A DNA stretch of 32,000 nt from Mycolicibacterium smegmatis (GCF_001457595.1 NZ_LN831039.1:4950001-4982000), one strand, 5' to 3'. Shown: positions 1-9,122, counted from the stretch's first letter. The notes: generated by a model not told the origin, from the letters alone. Program-made: numbers and translations.

Positions 1-481
1 GACCGTGGTATTCGACGCCACCGATGCCCATGAGCGCCACCGGGTCGGAGAACAGCGCGTCGTCGGACGCCAGGATCAGATCACACGGCCAGCACAGCAG
101 CAGACCACCCGAGATGCAGCGCCCCTGGACGGCCGCGATCGACGGCTTGGGCACGTTGCGCCAGCGCAGCGTGTAGTCGAGATAGCGCCTGGCCTCGTGC
201 TGGATGATGAATTCCAGTGAGATCTTCTCGGGCACTTCACCACCGCCACGCAGATCGTGCCCGGCGGAGAAGTGCTTTCCGTTGGCCCGCAGAATGATGA
301 CCTTGACCTCGTTGTCCTCGGCGGCCCTGGTCCAGGCCGCGTCGAGTTCGTCGAGCAGTTCGGGGTTCTGCGCGTTGGCGGCCTCGGGGCGGTTGAGCGT
401 GATGGTCGCGATCGAGTCGGCGACGCCGTAGTCGATGTACACGTGGGTCCCTTCGGGGCGCCGGATGCAGGACGGGTGCAT
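1..481 (-). CDS. Enoyl-CoA hydratase/isomerase (crotonase) family protein, C-terminus truncated by window edge
   Basis: Reverse-strand translation from ATG at 481 (alternative GTG at 442): MHPSCIRRPEGTHVYIDYGVADSIATITLNRPEAANAQNPELLDELDAAW...GKHFSAGHDL...KPSIAAVQGRCISGGLLLCWPCDLILASDDALFSDPVALMG; crotonase-fold motifs. Not in the ORF track because no stop codon lies inside the window. Confidence 0.85.
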   Translation of the reverse strand, partial: MHPSCIRRPEGTHVYIDYGVADSIATITLNRPEAANAQNPELLDELDAAWTRAAEDNEVKVIILRANGKHFSAGHDLRGGGEVPEKISLEFIIQHEARRYLDYTLRWRNVPKPSIAAVQGRCISGGLLLCWPCDLILASDDALFSDPVALMGIGGVEYHG

Positions 482-523
482 GAGAGGGCCTTCTTCTCGA
501 AGACCTTCTAGGATTCCCGTGCC

Positions 524-538
524 GAGAATACTATTCTC
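524..538. promoter_or_regulatory. Candidate TetR operator GAGAATACTATTCTC, inside a perfect 19-bp palindrome CCGAGAATACTATTCTCGG (522-540)
   Basis: Read directly from sequence. Lies in the divergent gap between the crotonase (start 481) and the TetR gene (start 595); same motif recurs at three other divergent gaps. Confidence 0.75.
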
Positions 539-594
539 GGTATACGAAAGTTACAATCTCCGACACGTTGGCCGCGAGGGGGTCTGGGACCACT

Positions 595-1323
595 ATGGCA
601 AGGCGTTCTCCGGTACAGTCGATCCATGCTCTCCCGACTCGACAAGCATCTGAGCCGTCCGTGACCAGCGCCGGCGAAGAACCCGCATGGAAGCAGCGGG
701 CGGTCGAGCGGTCGATCAAAACCGCGAAGTTGCGCGCCGCCCAGCGAGTACAGCGCTTCCTGGACGCCGCCCAGGCGATCATCATCGAAAAAGGCAGCAC
801 CGACTTCACGGTGCAGGAGGTCGTCGACCGCTCCCGGCAGTCACTGCGCAGCTTCTACCTGCAGTTCGACGGTAAGCACGAACTGCTGCTCGCACTCTTC
901 GAGGACGCGCTGAGCCGCTCTGCCGACCAGATCCGCGCCGCGACCGCGAGCCATTCGGACCCATTGGAACGTCTCAAAGTGGCCATCCAGCTGCTGTTCG
1001 AGTCGTCCCGGCCGGATCCGGCCGCCAAGCGGCCGCTGTTCACCGACTTCGCACCGCGCCTTCTGGTGTCCCATCCGTCCGAGGTCAAAGTCGCGCACGC
1101 GCCGCTGCTGGCCCTGCTCACCGAGTTGATGGAAGAGGCGGGCGAGGCCGGCCTCCTCCGCGAGGGCATCAACCCGAAGCGCATGGCCGCGATGACGATG
1201 CAGACCGTCATGTTCGTCGCGCAGTCGAGTGGCGGGGCCGACGAGTCCACGCCCAATCCCATCACGGCCGACGAGGTCTGGGACTTCGTCGCGCACGGCT
1301 TCTCAGCCGATCCGCCCGCCTGA
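595..1323 (+). CDS. TetR family transcriptional regulator
   Basis: N-terminal HTH region RVQRFLDAAQAIIIEKGSTDFTVQEVVDRSRQSLRSFYLQFDGKHELLLALFED; ATG at 595 is preferred over 568 in the ORF track. Confidence 0.85.
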   Translation: MARRSPVQSIHALPTRQASEPSVTSAGEEPAWKQRAVERSIKTAKLRAAQRVQRFLDAAQAIIIEKGSTDFTVQEVVDRSRQSLRSFYLQFDGKHELLLALFEDALSRSADQIRAATASHSDPLERLKVAIQLLFESSRPDPAAKRPLFTDFAPRLLVSHPSEVKVAHAPLLALLTELMEEAGEAGLLREGINPKRMAAMTMQTVMFVAQSSGGADESTPNPITADEVWDFVAHGFSADPPA

Positions 1324-1463
1324 GAACCACGTTCTCCGCGCGTCAGAAGCCATTACTCCTTGGGCGTGATGCCGGTCACGGGAATGGTTTCTCCGACCGA
1401 TCCCTTTCCGCCGCCCGCACAATTTCGACAACGCATGTTGCCATTCTTTTCTGTTGTGCAGTC

Positions 1464-1480
1464 GCTCAGCATTGCTGAGC
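1464..1480. repeat. Perfect 17-bp palindrome GCTCAGCATTGCTGAGC in a 350-bp intergenic region, with a TGCTGAGCA copy at 1608-1616
   Basis: Direct reading: GCTCAGCA-T-TGCTGAGC. Confidence 0.6.
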
Positions 1481-1673
1481 ATGTGTTGTGAAGCGTCCGT
1501 TTCGCTGCTCTGGACAGCGATGCATGAGAACCTGATTCTTGCTGTGAGAGAGCAATGATGCCGAAAACGAGTCTGTCGTTGACACCGTGGGTACGCCGGT
1601 GACAGAGTGCTGAGCAGGTGCACAGTTTCGTCGATCGGCACCGGCATACCGAGCTACAGAACAGAGGTAACCA

Positions 1674-2519
1674 ATGTCTGGACGGGTGGAAGGCAAGGTC
1701 GCATTCGTCACCGGCGCGGCCCGCGGCCAGGGCCGTAGTCACGCACTGCGGTTGGCGCAGGAAGGCGCCGACATCATCGCCATCGACATCTGCGGCCCCA
1801 TTCGCCCCGGCGCCGAAACCGCCATCCCGGCATCGACATCCGATGACCTTGCCGAGACCGCGAACCTGGTGAAGGGACTCGACCGCCGCGTCGTCACCGC
1901 GGAGGTGGACGTGCGCGACGCCGCGGCCATCAAGGCCGCTGTCGACAGCGGTGTCGAGCAGCTCGGCAGGCTCGACATCATCGTCGCCAACGCCGGCATC
2001 GGCAACGGCGGCGACACCCTCGACCAGACCTCCGAGGAGGACTGGGACGAGATGATCGACATCAATCTGTCCGGTGTCTGGAAGTCTGTGAAAGCCGGTG
2101 TCCCCCATATCGTCGCGGGCGGACGCGGCGGGTCGATCGTCCTGACCAGTTCGGTAGGCGGGCTGAAGGCCTATCCGCACTGCGGCAACTACGTGGCCGC
2201 CAAGCACGGCGTGGTGGGCCTCATGCGGGGCTTCGCAGTGGAACTCGGGCAGCACAACATCCGCGTCAACACCGTGCACCCGACGCACGTCGCCACCCCG
2301 ATGCTGCACAACGAGGGCACCTTCAAGATGTTCCGTCCCGACCTGGAGAACCCGGGCCCCGACGACATGGCCCCCATCTGCCAGATGTTCCACACGTTGC
2401 CCATCCCGTGGGTCGAGCCCATCGACATCAGCAACGCCGTGCTGTTCCTGGCCTCCGACGAGGCCCGTTACATCACGGGCGTGACGTTGCCGGTCGACGC
2501 GGGAAGCTGCCTCAAGTAG
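1674..2519 (+). CDS. SDR oxidoreductase of the mycofactocin-coupled type
   Basis: MSGRVEGKVAFVTGAARGQGRSHALRLAQEGADIIAIDICGPIRP...TSDDLAETANLVKGLDRRVVTAEVDVRD: glycine-rich NAD motif plus the insertion typical of mycofactocin-coupled SDRs; YVAAK active site. Confidence 0.88.
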   Translation: MSGRVEGKVAFVTGAARGQGRSHALRLAQEGADIIAIDICGPIRPGAETAIPASTSDDLAETANLVKGLDRRVVTAEVDVRDAAAIKAAVDSGVEQLGRLDIIVANAGIGNGGDTLDQTSEEDWDEMIDINLSGVWKSVKAGVPHIVAGGRGGSIVLTSSVGGLKAYPHCGNYVAAKHGVVGLMRGFAVELGQHNIRVNTVHPTHVATPMLHNEGTFKMFRPDLENPGPDDMAPICQMFHTLPIPWVEPIDISNAVLFLASDEARYITGVTLPVDAGSCLK

Positions 2520-2540
2520 GGCCGGTCCCTAGCCCGGCCC
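2519..2540. terminator. GC-rich stem-loop GGGCCGG-N8-CCGGCCC between convergent genes, possible bidirectional (U-tract-less) terminator
   Basis: Perfect 7-bp arms with 8-nt loop. It lies exactly where two convergent SDR genes end (stops at 2517-2519 and 2529-2531). Confidence 0.45.
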
Positions 2541-3329
2541 GAGCGTGGGGGCACCGGTCTGCGGGTGGTGATACCAGCCGCCCGCAGCCTGGGTGCCGCC
2601 ATCGACATGAAGGGTCTGGCCGGTGATGTAACTCGACATACCCGACGCCAGAAACACTGCCGCCCCGGCCATCTCATCGACATGGCCGGGGCGTTTCATG
2701 GGTATCGCATCCCCGCCGGGCTGTCGCCCACCGGACAGCGCCAGCAGACCGTCGGTGACGGTGAGATCGGGCGCGAGCGCGTTGACGCGGATGCCGTACG
2801 GCGCGAGCTCGAACGCCGCGGTGAGCGTGTAGTTGATCACGCCGGCCTTGGCCGCCGAGTACGCGGCGTAACGCGGCGCCGCGCGAACACCTTCGATCGA
2901 CGTGAGATTGATGATGCTGCCAGGCATCTCGGCCGCCACCATATCGCGGGCCACGCGCTGCGTGCACAGCAGCACATGGCGCAGATTCGCCTTGTACAGG
3001 GCATCCCAACCGTTCTCGGTCGTCTCCAACAGCGGTGACGCGAACACACCGCCTGCGTTGTTCACCAGGATGCTCACGGTCCCGAGTTCCGAGGTGGTCT
3101 GCGCCAGCGCGGCGTCCACCTGATCCGCATCCCGCACGTCGGTCACGATCCCCACACCCCCGACGGCCCGCGCTGCAGCCTCGCAGGTCTCAGGATCGCG
3201 CTCCCAGATCGCGACGCGGGCGCCGAAGGCCGCCAAACCCTCGGCGATGCCACGGCCGATCCCGGCCCCACCGCCGGTCACCACCGCCACACGACCGGTC
3301 AGCAGGATGTCAGATGGATTGATGGCCAT
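2529..3329 (-). CDS. SDR family oxidoreductase
   Basis: GRVAVVTGGGAGIGRGIAEGL, NNAGG, YSAAK, ITGQTLHVDGG; start placed at ATG 3329 (MAINPSD). Confidence 0.85.
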   Translation of the reverse strand: MAINPSDILLTGRVAVVTGGGAGIGRGIAEGLAAFGARVAIWERDPETCEAAARAVGGVGIVTDVRDADQVDAALAQTTSELGTVSILVNNAGGVFASPLLETTENGWDALYKANLRHVLLCTQRVARDMVAAEMPGSIINLTSIEGVRAAPRYAAYSAAKAGVINYTLTAAFELAPYGIRVNALAPDLTVTDGLLALSGGRQPGGDAIPMKRPGHVDEMAGAAVFLASGMSSYITGQTLHVDGGTQAAGGWYHHPQTGAPTLGPG

Positions 3330-3355
3330 GGCTTTCGAGCATCGCACGCCCTGAC

Positions 3356-5767
3356 TCAGCGCGTCACGCGTTTGGCGGCACCCGGTTCGGTCCCGATGAC
3401 CCCGTGCTCGGCCAGCGCCGTGATCTCGTCGTCACCGAGGCCGAGTTTGGCGAGCAACTCGTGGTTGTGCTCCCCCAGCAGCGGCGCGGGCCTGCGATGG
3501 AACTCCTTGGGTCCGTTGGCCAGTGAGACGGGCAGGGTGCTGTGCGCGGCGGCCGGGTTCACCGGGTGCCCGACGAACTCGAAGAACCGCCGGTGTCGCA
3601 ACTGCTCCAGCTCGAGCTGGCGGTGCGGCTGCATGACCTTGGCCACGGGTACACCGGCGGGCCACAGGGTCTCGACGATCTCGTCACCGCTACGTGGTGC
3701 GCACCAGGTGGCGAGCTCCTTGTCGATGCGGTCGTGGTGGGTTCGGCGACCCGTGTGGGTGGACAGCTCGGGATCCGACGCCCACTCCGGGTCGCCGATC
3801 ACACGACGCAGAGCCTCCCATTGCGCGTCGGTACCCACCGCGATCGCGACCCAGCTGTCGGGCCGGCCGAACTCGTCGATGTCGACCGTGCGGTACAACC
3901 CCTGCGGGGCCGCGGTGGGCCCGCGGTTGCCGTCGCGCTGCAACAACGCACCGTGAGCGGAGAACTCGATCACCTGCTCGGCGGCGATGTGCAGCGCCGC
4001 GTCGACCATGGCGGCCTCGATGAGCGTTCCCTGCCCGGTGCGCCGCCGGTGTTCGAGTGCGAGCAGCAGCGCGGTGAGCGCGTGGATGCCCGCGTTGGGG
4101 TCGCCCACCGAATAGGGCTCGAACGGTGTGCGGTCGCTGAACCCGGTGAGCCAGCTCAGGCCCGAGGCGTCTTCGATGATGTAGGCGAACGCGGGATTGT
4201 CGCGCCACGGCCCGTCGAGCCCGAAGCCCGGCATGCGCAGCATGATGATGTCGTCACGCAGGGCACGCACCGCGTCGTAGTCGAGCCCGATCTGGTCGAT
4301 GACGCGCGGCGTGAAGTTCTCCACCACCACATCCGACGTCGCGATCACGCGGCGCAACAGGTCCCGGCCCGGCTCGGTCTGGAAGTCGAGGGTGATGCCC
4401 AGCTTGTTGGTGTTGAGCGCGCTGAAGATCGGTGAGCGCTCCCACCACTGCTCCTCAGAGGCGGGGATGCCCGCGATCAGGCGGGTTCCGTCCGGGCGCA
4501 CCGTGGATTCGACGTGGATGACCTCGGCCCCGAGCATCCCGAGGATGTGCGTGCAGGACGGCCCGGCCCAGAACGTCGTCATGTCCAGCACGCGCAGACC
4601 CGAGAACGGCAGGCGGTCACGTGCGGGCGGACCGGCCGGGGCCGGGCGCGGCGCGCGTGTCGCGGCACGGACCGCGTCGGTGTGCGCGCCGAGTTTCGGT
4701 GCGGCCGTGGGCGGCCGCAGCGCCACGCCATCGAGCCGGTAGGGATGGTTGGGCGCGGTGAAACCGTCGGGGTGGTGCACGAAGCTGCCACGCTCGACGA
4801 AATGGTCCATGCGCGTGACGTTCTCGCCGTTGCCCACGGGTGAGTTCGGGATGCGGAACGCCGACGCGAGGTCACGCACGTCGTCGACGCGTTGTTCGCG
4901 CAGCCACGCGTAGAGTTCCTCGGCGTGCAGGTTGGCCTGCTCGGTGATGGTCAGTTCGGTGGTCTCGTCGATCCATTCGTCGTGGCCCGACATCGCGCAC
5001 AGGTCCCACCACTGCTGAGCGGTACCGCATCCCAGTGCCACCAGGCCGTCGGCCGCCTGCGCGACCCCGGGAACGGTGGGACGGCGCTCGGTGCGCCACG
5101 GCCTGCCGAGCATCTCGAAGTAGGTCACGGGATAGTACGTGAGGCCCAGGATCTGTGATTCGAGCTTCGACAGGTCGATCAGTTCCCCGTGGCCATCGCG
5201 GTGCCTGCGGGTGAGGAACGACAGCGTCATCGCCGCGGCGTAGGCACCTGTGAGCCATTCACCGACCTGCCCGCCGATCGTGACCGGCGCGCGGTCCTGC
5301 ACACCCCGGCCGATCCCGATGGCACCGCCGGACCAGGCCTGCAACGTGAACTCGGTGGCGGCCCGGTCGCACCACGGCCCGTCGAGACCGAACGGCGTGA
5401 TCGCGGTGACCACCAGATGCGGATACCGCTCGTACAGTTCGCGTGGCGAGACCTTCTGTGCCAACGCCGATTCCGGTGACCACACCACGGCGTCGGCCGA
5501 ACCCGCCAGCCGGTCCAGCAGGTCGAGACCGTCGTCGGGACCGATTACGACGCTGCGCTTGCCACCCGCCAGGAAGCTGAACAGCGCACCGTGGCGGCCG
5601 GGTTCGATCGCCGCGCCCGAGGCCGACCACCGCCGCAGCGGATCACCGTCGGGCGCCTCGACCTTCACGACGTCGGCGCCGCCGTCGGCGATGAGCTTGG
5701 TGGCATATCCCCCGGCGATGCCGCTCGTGAGGTCGAGGACGGTGTAGCCCTCAAGCGGTGCAGTCAT
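3356..5767 (-). CDS. Class III (CaiB/BaiF) CoA-transferase, fused double-domain protein (~803 aa)
   Basis: Starts MTAPLEGYTVLDLTSGIAGGYATKLIADGGADVVKVEAPDGDPLRRW; second domain LPFSGLRVLDMTTFWAGPSCTHILGMLGAEVIHVESTVRPDG. The ORF track's upstream extension to 6379 is antisense-like overlap with the next gene. Confidence 0.88.
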   Translation of the reverse strand: MTAPLEGYTVLDLTSGIAGGYATKLIADGGADVVKVEAPDGDPLRRWSASGAAIEPGRHGALFSFLAGGKRSVVIGPDDGLDLLDRLAGSADAVVWSPESALAQKVSPRELYERYPHLVVTAITPFGLDGPWCDRAATEFTLQAWSGGAIGIGRGVQDRAPVTIGGQVGEWLTGAYAAAMTLSFLTRRHRDGHGELIDLSKLESQILGLTYYPVTYFEMLGRPWRTERRPTVPGVAQAADGLVALGCGTAQQWWDLCAMSGHDEWIDETTELTITEQANLHAEELYAWLREQRVDDVRDLASAFRIPNSPVGNGENVTRMDHFVERGSFVHHPDGFTAPNHPYRLDGVALRPPTAAPKLGAHTDAVRAATRAPRPAPAGPPARDRLPFSGLRVLDMTTFWAGPSCTHILGMLGAEVIHVESTVRPDGTRLIAGIPASEEQWWERSPIFSALNTNKLGITLDFQTEPGRDLLRRVIATSDVVVENFTPRVIDQIGLDYDAVRALRDDIIMLRMPGFGLDGPWRDNPAFAYIIEDASGLSWLTGFSDRTPFEPYSVGDPNAGIHALTALLLALEHRRRTGQGTLIEAAMVDAALHIAAEQVIEFSAHGALLQRDGNRGPTAAPQGLYRTVDIDEFGRPDSWVAIAVGTDAQWEALRRVIGDPEWASDPELSTHTGRRTHHDRIDKELATWCAPRSGDEIVETLWPAGVPVAKVMQPHRQLELEQLRHRRFFEFVGHPVNPAAAHSTLPVSLANGPKEFHRRPAPLLGEHNHELLAKLGLGDDEITALAEHGVIGTEPGAAKRVTR

Positions 5768-5772
5768 GGGTG

Positions 5773-6729
5773 TCAGGGTTTCGCCCGGTTCTTCTTGGAG
5801 AGGCGGAACTCGGGTGGGAACCTGCTGTCGTTGTCGTTCACCGCGGCAGACAGTCCCGAGTCGATCGACTCGAACATGTCGAGGTCGTCGTCGCTGTCGT
5901 TGGCGACGCCGTTGCCCATGGACTCGAAGAACGCGCTCAGCAGGCTGCCCATGTACTCGCCCTGCTGTTGTTTGAAGATCTCGAAGAACATCTTCTGCTG
6001 GAACACGGTGTCCACGGGGCGGTTCCGCGCACACGCCGTGGCGTACTTGTCCACCTCGGCCTCGAGCCGGTCGCGCGGCACGACCTTGTTGAGGAAGTTG
6101 CAGTCGTACATCTCGGCGGCCGTGAACGGGCGGCCGGTGAAGACCATCTCCTGGAACTTGCGCAGCCCCATCATCTGCACCCACGTCCACATGCGCGGAC
6201 CCCAGCCGTGGTAGCGGAACGACGGATGCCCGAACAGCGCGTCGTCGCTGGAGATCACGAGATCGGCGTCGGCGCATTGGTAGAAGTGCCAGCCGTAGCA
6301 GTAGCCCTTGGCCTCGACGATGCTGATCTTCTTGAAGTCCTGCAGCGCGCGGTTGCCGGCCTGCGAGTTGGCGTACCACGCCGAGATCGTGGCGCCGTTG
6401 CGGAACGTGCCCCGGGGCGGATACGTGACCTCGCCTACGCCGTCGTCCTCCAGGCGCAGTTCGGCCAGGCGCACCGCGGGATTGTCATTGCCTTCCATGA
6501 ACTCCGGCAGATCGGCGCCGCTGCCCAGGTTGTCCCCCACCCCGCGGATGACGACGACCTTGACGTCGTTGTCGGCGTTGGCCGCGCGCAGCACGTCGGC
6601 GTACCGCAACCGGGCCATCGACGTGGGCGCGTTGAGGAACTCGGGCCGGTTGAACGTGATGGTCGCGATCTTGGTCTCGGGATCCTTGTCGTAGAGGATG
6701 ATCTCCTCCGGCGTCGGCCGCTCAGCCAT
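5773..6729 (-). CDS. Divergent enoyl-CoA hydratase/isomerase family protein
   Basis: IATITFNRPEFLNAP, VVVIRGVGDNLGSGADLPEF, KGYCYGWHFYQCADADLVISSDDALFGHPSFRYHGWGP. Confidence 0.8.
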   Translation of the reverse strand: MAERPTPEEIILYDKDPETKIATITFNRPEFLNAPTSMARLRYADVLRAANADNDVKVVVIRGVGDNLGSGADLPEFMEGNDNPAVRLAELRLEDDGVGEVTYPPRGTFRNGATISAWYANSQAGNRALQDFKKISIVEAKGYCYGWHFYQCADADLVISSDDALFGHPSFRYHGWGPRMWTWVQMMGLRKFQEMVFTGRPFTAAEMYDCNFLNKVVPRDRLEAEVDKYATACARNRPVDTVFQQKMFFEIFKQQQGEYMGSLLSAFFESMGNGVANDSDDDLDMFESIDSGLSAAVNDNDSRFPPEFRLSKKNRAKP

Positions 6730-7855
6730 GGACAGCCTCTCCGTATACCGGGACGGTGGTCAGCACGTCGGGACCGTCGGCGCCGATGACGACGGCGTCG
6801 CGCGTGAACACCGCACCGATGCCGGCCTCCCACACGTAACTGGTGACGGCGAGCACCATGCCCTCCTCGAAACGTTCGCCGTCGGCCGTGGCCCGCAGGG
6901 CCGGTGACACCACGGGCGGGTCGAAACCCAACCCGAGGCCGTGCGCGACGGGCATCGCGGGCAGCGGTTCACCCGCCTGCTCGTAGGCGTCGAGCAGCGC
7001 GCTGGTGGGCCTGCCGGGGCGGCACGCGCCGGCGAGCCTGTCCCACAGGTCATCCCGTCGCCGGTACAGCGCCCGGACGGCGTCGTTCGGCTCACCCGCG
7101 TACAGCGTGCGCGCGACCTCGGCGACGTAGCCGTCGGCCAGCACACCGGCCGAGAGCGCCACCAGGTCCCCGTCACGCACCCGGCCGTCGCCCCCGGCGC
7201 GGCGCCACGGATGCTCCTTGGAGGTGACCCACGCCGCGTCCTGCGTCGCCGGTGTGCTGACGCCGCCTGCGGCCTCGGCTTCGAGGATCGCGCCGGAGAG
7301 CGCCTGCTCGCTGGTACCCGCGTGGACACCTGCGACACCGGCAGCCAGTCCCTTCTCGGCGATCGACAGCGCCCACCGCAGCGCCTCGATCTCCTCGGGC
7401 GTCTTGATGCGGCGGGCATCGCGCATGGCCTGCTCGCCGTCGACGAGTTCGGCCTGCGGGAACGCCATGGGCAGCAGCTTGGCGAATGTCGGTGTCAGGG
7501 CGTCGGTTCCGACGCGGCGCGCGGTCGCGGTGCCCTTGATGTTCTGCAGCACCCCGATGAGCGTCATGGGGTTCCAGGCCAGGCCGTAGAGGTTCTCGTG
7601 CGGGATCTCCTCGGGGATGCCCTCGTCCCATGTGCTGTTGAGGTGGATCTCACCCGTCTCGCGTACGTAGGTGCAGATGGGCCCGAACGGACGGGTTCCG
7701 ACAACCCACAGTTGCGGTGCGCCCGAGATGTAGCGGACGTTGGCCTGCCTGCCGAGCACCAGCACATCGAGGTCGTAGGCCTCCATCTGTGCCAGCGCGC
7801 GTTCGCGCCGGCTCACGCGCAGCGCCCGGTTGTCGGCCTCGATGTCAATTCCCAC
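6722..7855 (-). CDS. M24/creatinase-fold protein with degenerate metal-ligand positions
   Basis: GTG start at 7855. VLVLGRQANVRYISGAPQLW, RRIKTPEEIEALRWALSIAEKG, VRDGDLVALSAGVLADGYVAEVARTLYAGEP, VAHGLGLGFDPPVVSPA. Confidence 0.8.
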   Translation of the reverse strand: MGIDIEADNRALRVSRRERALAQMEAYDLDVLVLGRQANVRYISGAPQLWVVGTRPFGPICTYVRETGEIHLNSTWDEGIPEEIPHENLYGLAWNPMTLIGVLQNIKGTATARRVGTDALTPTFAKLLPMAFPQAELVDGEQAMRDARRIKTPEEIEALRWALSIAEKGLAAGVAGVHAGTSEQALSGAILEAEAAGGVSTPATQDAAWVTSKEHPWRRAGGDGRVRDGDLVALSAGVLADGYVAEVARTLYAGEPNDAVRALYRRRDDLWDRLAGACRPGRPTSALLDAYEQAGEPLPAMPVAHGLGLGFDPPVVSPALRATADGERFEEGMVLAVTSYVWEAGIGAVFTRDAVVIGADGPDVLTTVPVYGEAVHG

Positions 7856-9122
7856 TGGACACCTCGTAGGGGTCGTACGGATAAGCGGTCAACGGCATCC
7901 AGCCACCCTCGGTGACCACCACGATCTCCTCGCCGCGGTAACCACCCGTGCCGTCCTCCCACACCACGGGTTCGAACACCAGCAGCATGCCGTCGGGGAA
8001 CACGAAGTTGTCGTCCCACTCCTGGCCCAGATCGGTTCCGATCATGGGCATCTCGGCCGCGCTGGTGCCGATGCCGTGGCCCAGGTAGAAGTGCGGCAGC
8101 CACGGTTTCTGCCCACCGGCGGCCTTCGTGGCCGCACGCCCCAGGTCGCCGCACGTGGCACCGGCCTTCGTCACCGACAGCACGGCGTCGACGATCTCAC
8201 GCCACCTGTCGAACTGGCGCTGCTGCGCGGGCGTGGGATCCTGCCCCACTATCCAGGTGCGGCCGTGGTCGGAGCAGTAACCGTGGTAGGCGATCGACAC
8301 GTCGGTCCACAACACGTCGCCGTGGCGCAGTTCGCGTTCGGTGGTCAGCAGCGGCAGCGCGAGATCACCGTGCGTGGTCCACGTGCCGTCGGCGCGCGAG
8401 GCGGGCATGACCTGCCAGATCGAGTCGAACATGTTGGTGGTCGCGCCGAGTTCGAAGGAACGGCGGACGAATTCGGCCGACAGGTCGATCTGGCGCACGC
8501 CGGGTGCCACCGACTTCTGGATGTCGGCGACGGCCTGCTCGGTGATCTGGGTGGCCCGGCGCAGCGCCGAGATCTGGTCCACGGTCTTGACGATCTTGGC
8601 CGCGCCGATGGTCGCCGCCGCGTCGACGGGCGCCTGCGGGAACAGCGCGGTGCCCGCGCGGCGCATCGCGCCGGTGAGTTCGTCGACCGCGATGGTGGCC
8701 CCGGCACGCACCAGGCCGGCCAGGATCTTGCCGAACTGCTCGACGCCCTCGTCGAATTCGAGGTAGACGGGCCCGTGCAGGTGGTCGTCGGGCACCCCTG
8801 ACTCCATGGCCGCACCTTCGCGGAACGGCAGGTACAGGTGCGGGTGCTCGTCGTCGGCGAGGACGACGGCCACGGGTCGTTCGACGTGCGACAGTCCGGC
8901 GTCGGCGAGCGGCCAGCTAATCCCGGTCGCGTACATCACGTTGCTGTTGCCCAGCAGGACGAGCGCGTCGACACCCTGCTCGGACATCGCCGTGTGCAGC
9001 CGCGCCGACACGTCCCGCCGCAACCGCGCGAAGTCCGGTTCGGCCGGGATGTCGAGCCACCTCAGCCCGGTGCGGGCGATCTGGGTGACGCCGCTGTGGG
9101 TGAATGTCGTCGCTGGAGTCAC
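7845..9122 (-). CDS. M24 family metallopeptidase / creatinase-fold hydrolase with apparent intact metal ligands
   Basis: GTG start at 9122 overlaps the upstream TGA (GTGA). DALVLLGNSNVMYATGISW, LRHGDVLWTDVSIAYHGYCSDHGRTWIVG, FYLGHGIGTSAAEMPMIG, LLVFEPVVWEDGTGGYRGEEIVVVTEGG. Confidence 0.83.
   Translation of the reverse strand: MTPATTFTHSGVTQIARTGLRWLDIPAEPDFARLRRDVSARLHTAMSEQGVDALVLLGNSNVMYATGISWPLADAGLSHVERPVAVVLADDEHPHLYLPFREGAAMESGVPDDHLHGPVYLEFDEGVEQFGKILAGLVRAGATIAVDELTGAMRRAGTALFPQAPVDAAATIGAAKIVKTVDQISALRRATQITEQAVADIQKSVAPGVRQIDLSAEFVRRSFELGATTNMFDSIWQVMPASRADGTWTTHGDLALPLLTTERELRHGDVLWTDVSIAYHGYCSDHGRTWIVGQDPTPAQQRQFDRWREIVDAVLSVTKAGATCGDLGRAATKAAGGQKPWLPHFYLGHGIGTSAAEMPMIGTDLGQEWDDNFVFPDGMLLVFEPVVWEDGTGGYRGEEIVVVTEGGWMPLTAYPYDPYEVSSGN

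Noticed and set aside
1303-1647. 114-aa minus-strand ORF in the 350-bp intergenic gap
   Set aside because: No recognised domain, overlaps the end of the TetR gene and spans the palindrome; the gap looks regulatory rather than coding.
5768-6379. N-terminal extension of the 1007-aa minus-strand ORF (to 6379)
   Set aside because: The extension is Arg-rich and overlaps the well-supported crotonase gene in another frame. The real start is ATG 5767 (MTAPLEGYTVLDLTSG).
5758-8801. Long plus-strand ORFs (5758-6789 and 7830-8801)
   Set aside because: Antisense to the crotonase and M24-fold genes; no independent domain evidence.
7845-9122. Calling the intact M24 protein a proline aminopeptidase
   Set aside because: The catalytic HExP His region reads AAEMP and the genomic context is catabolic, so a specific peptidase name is not supported.
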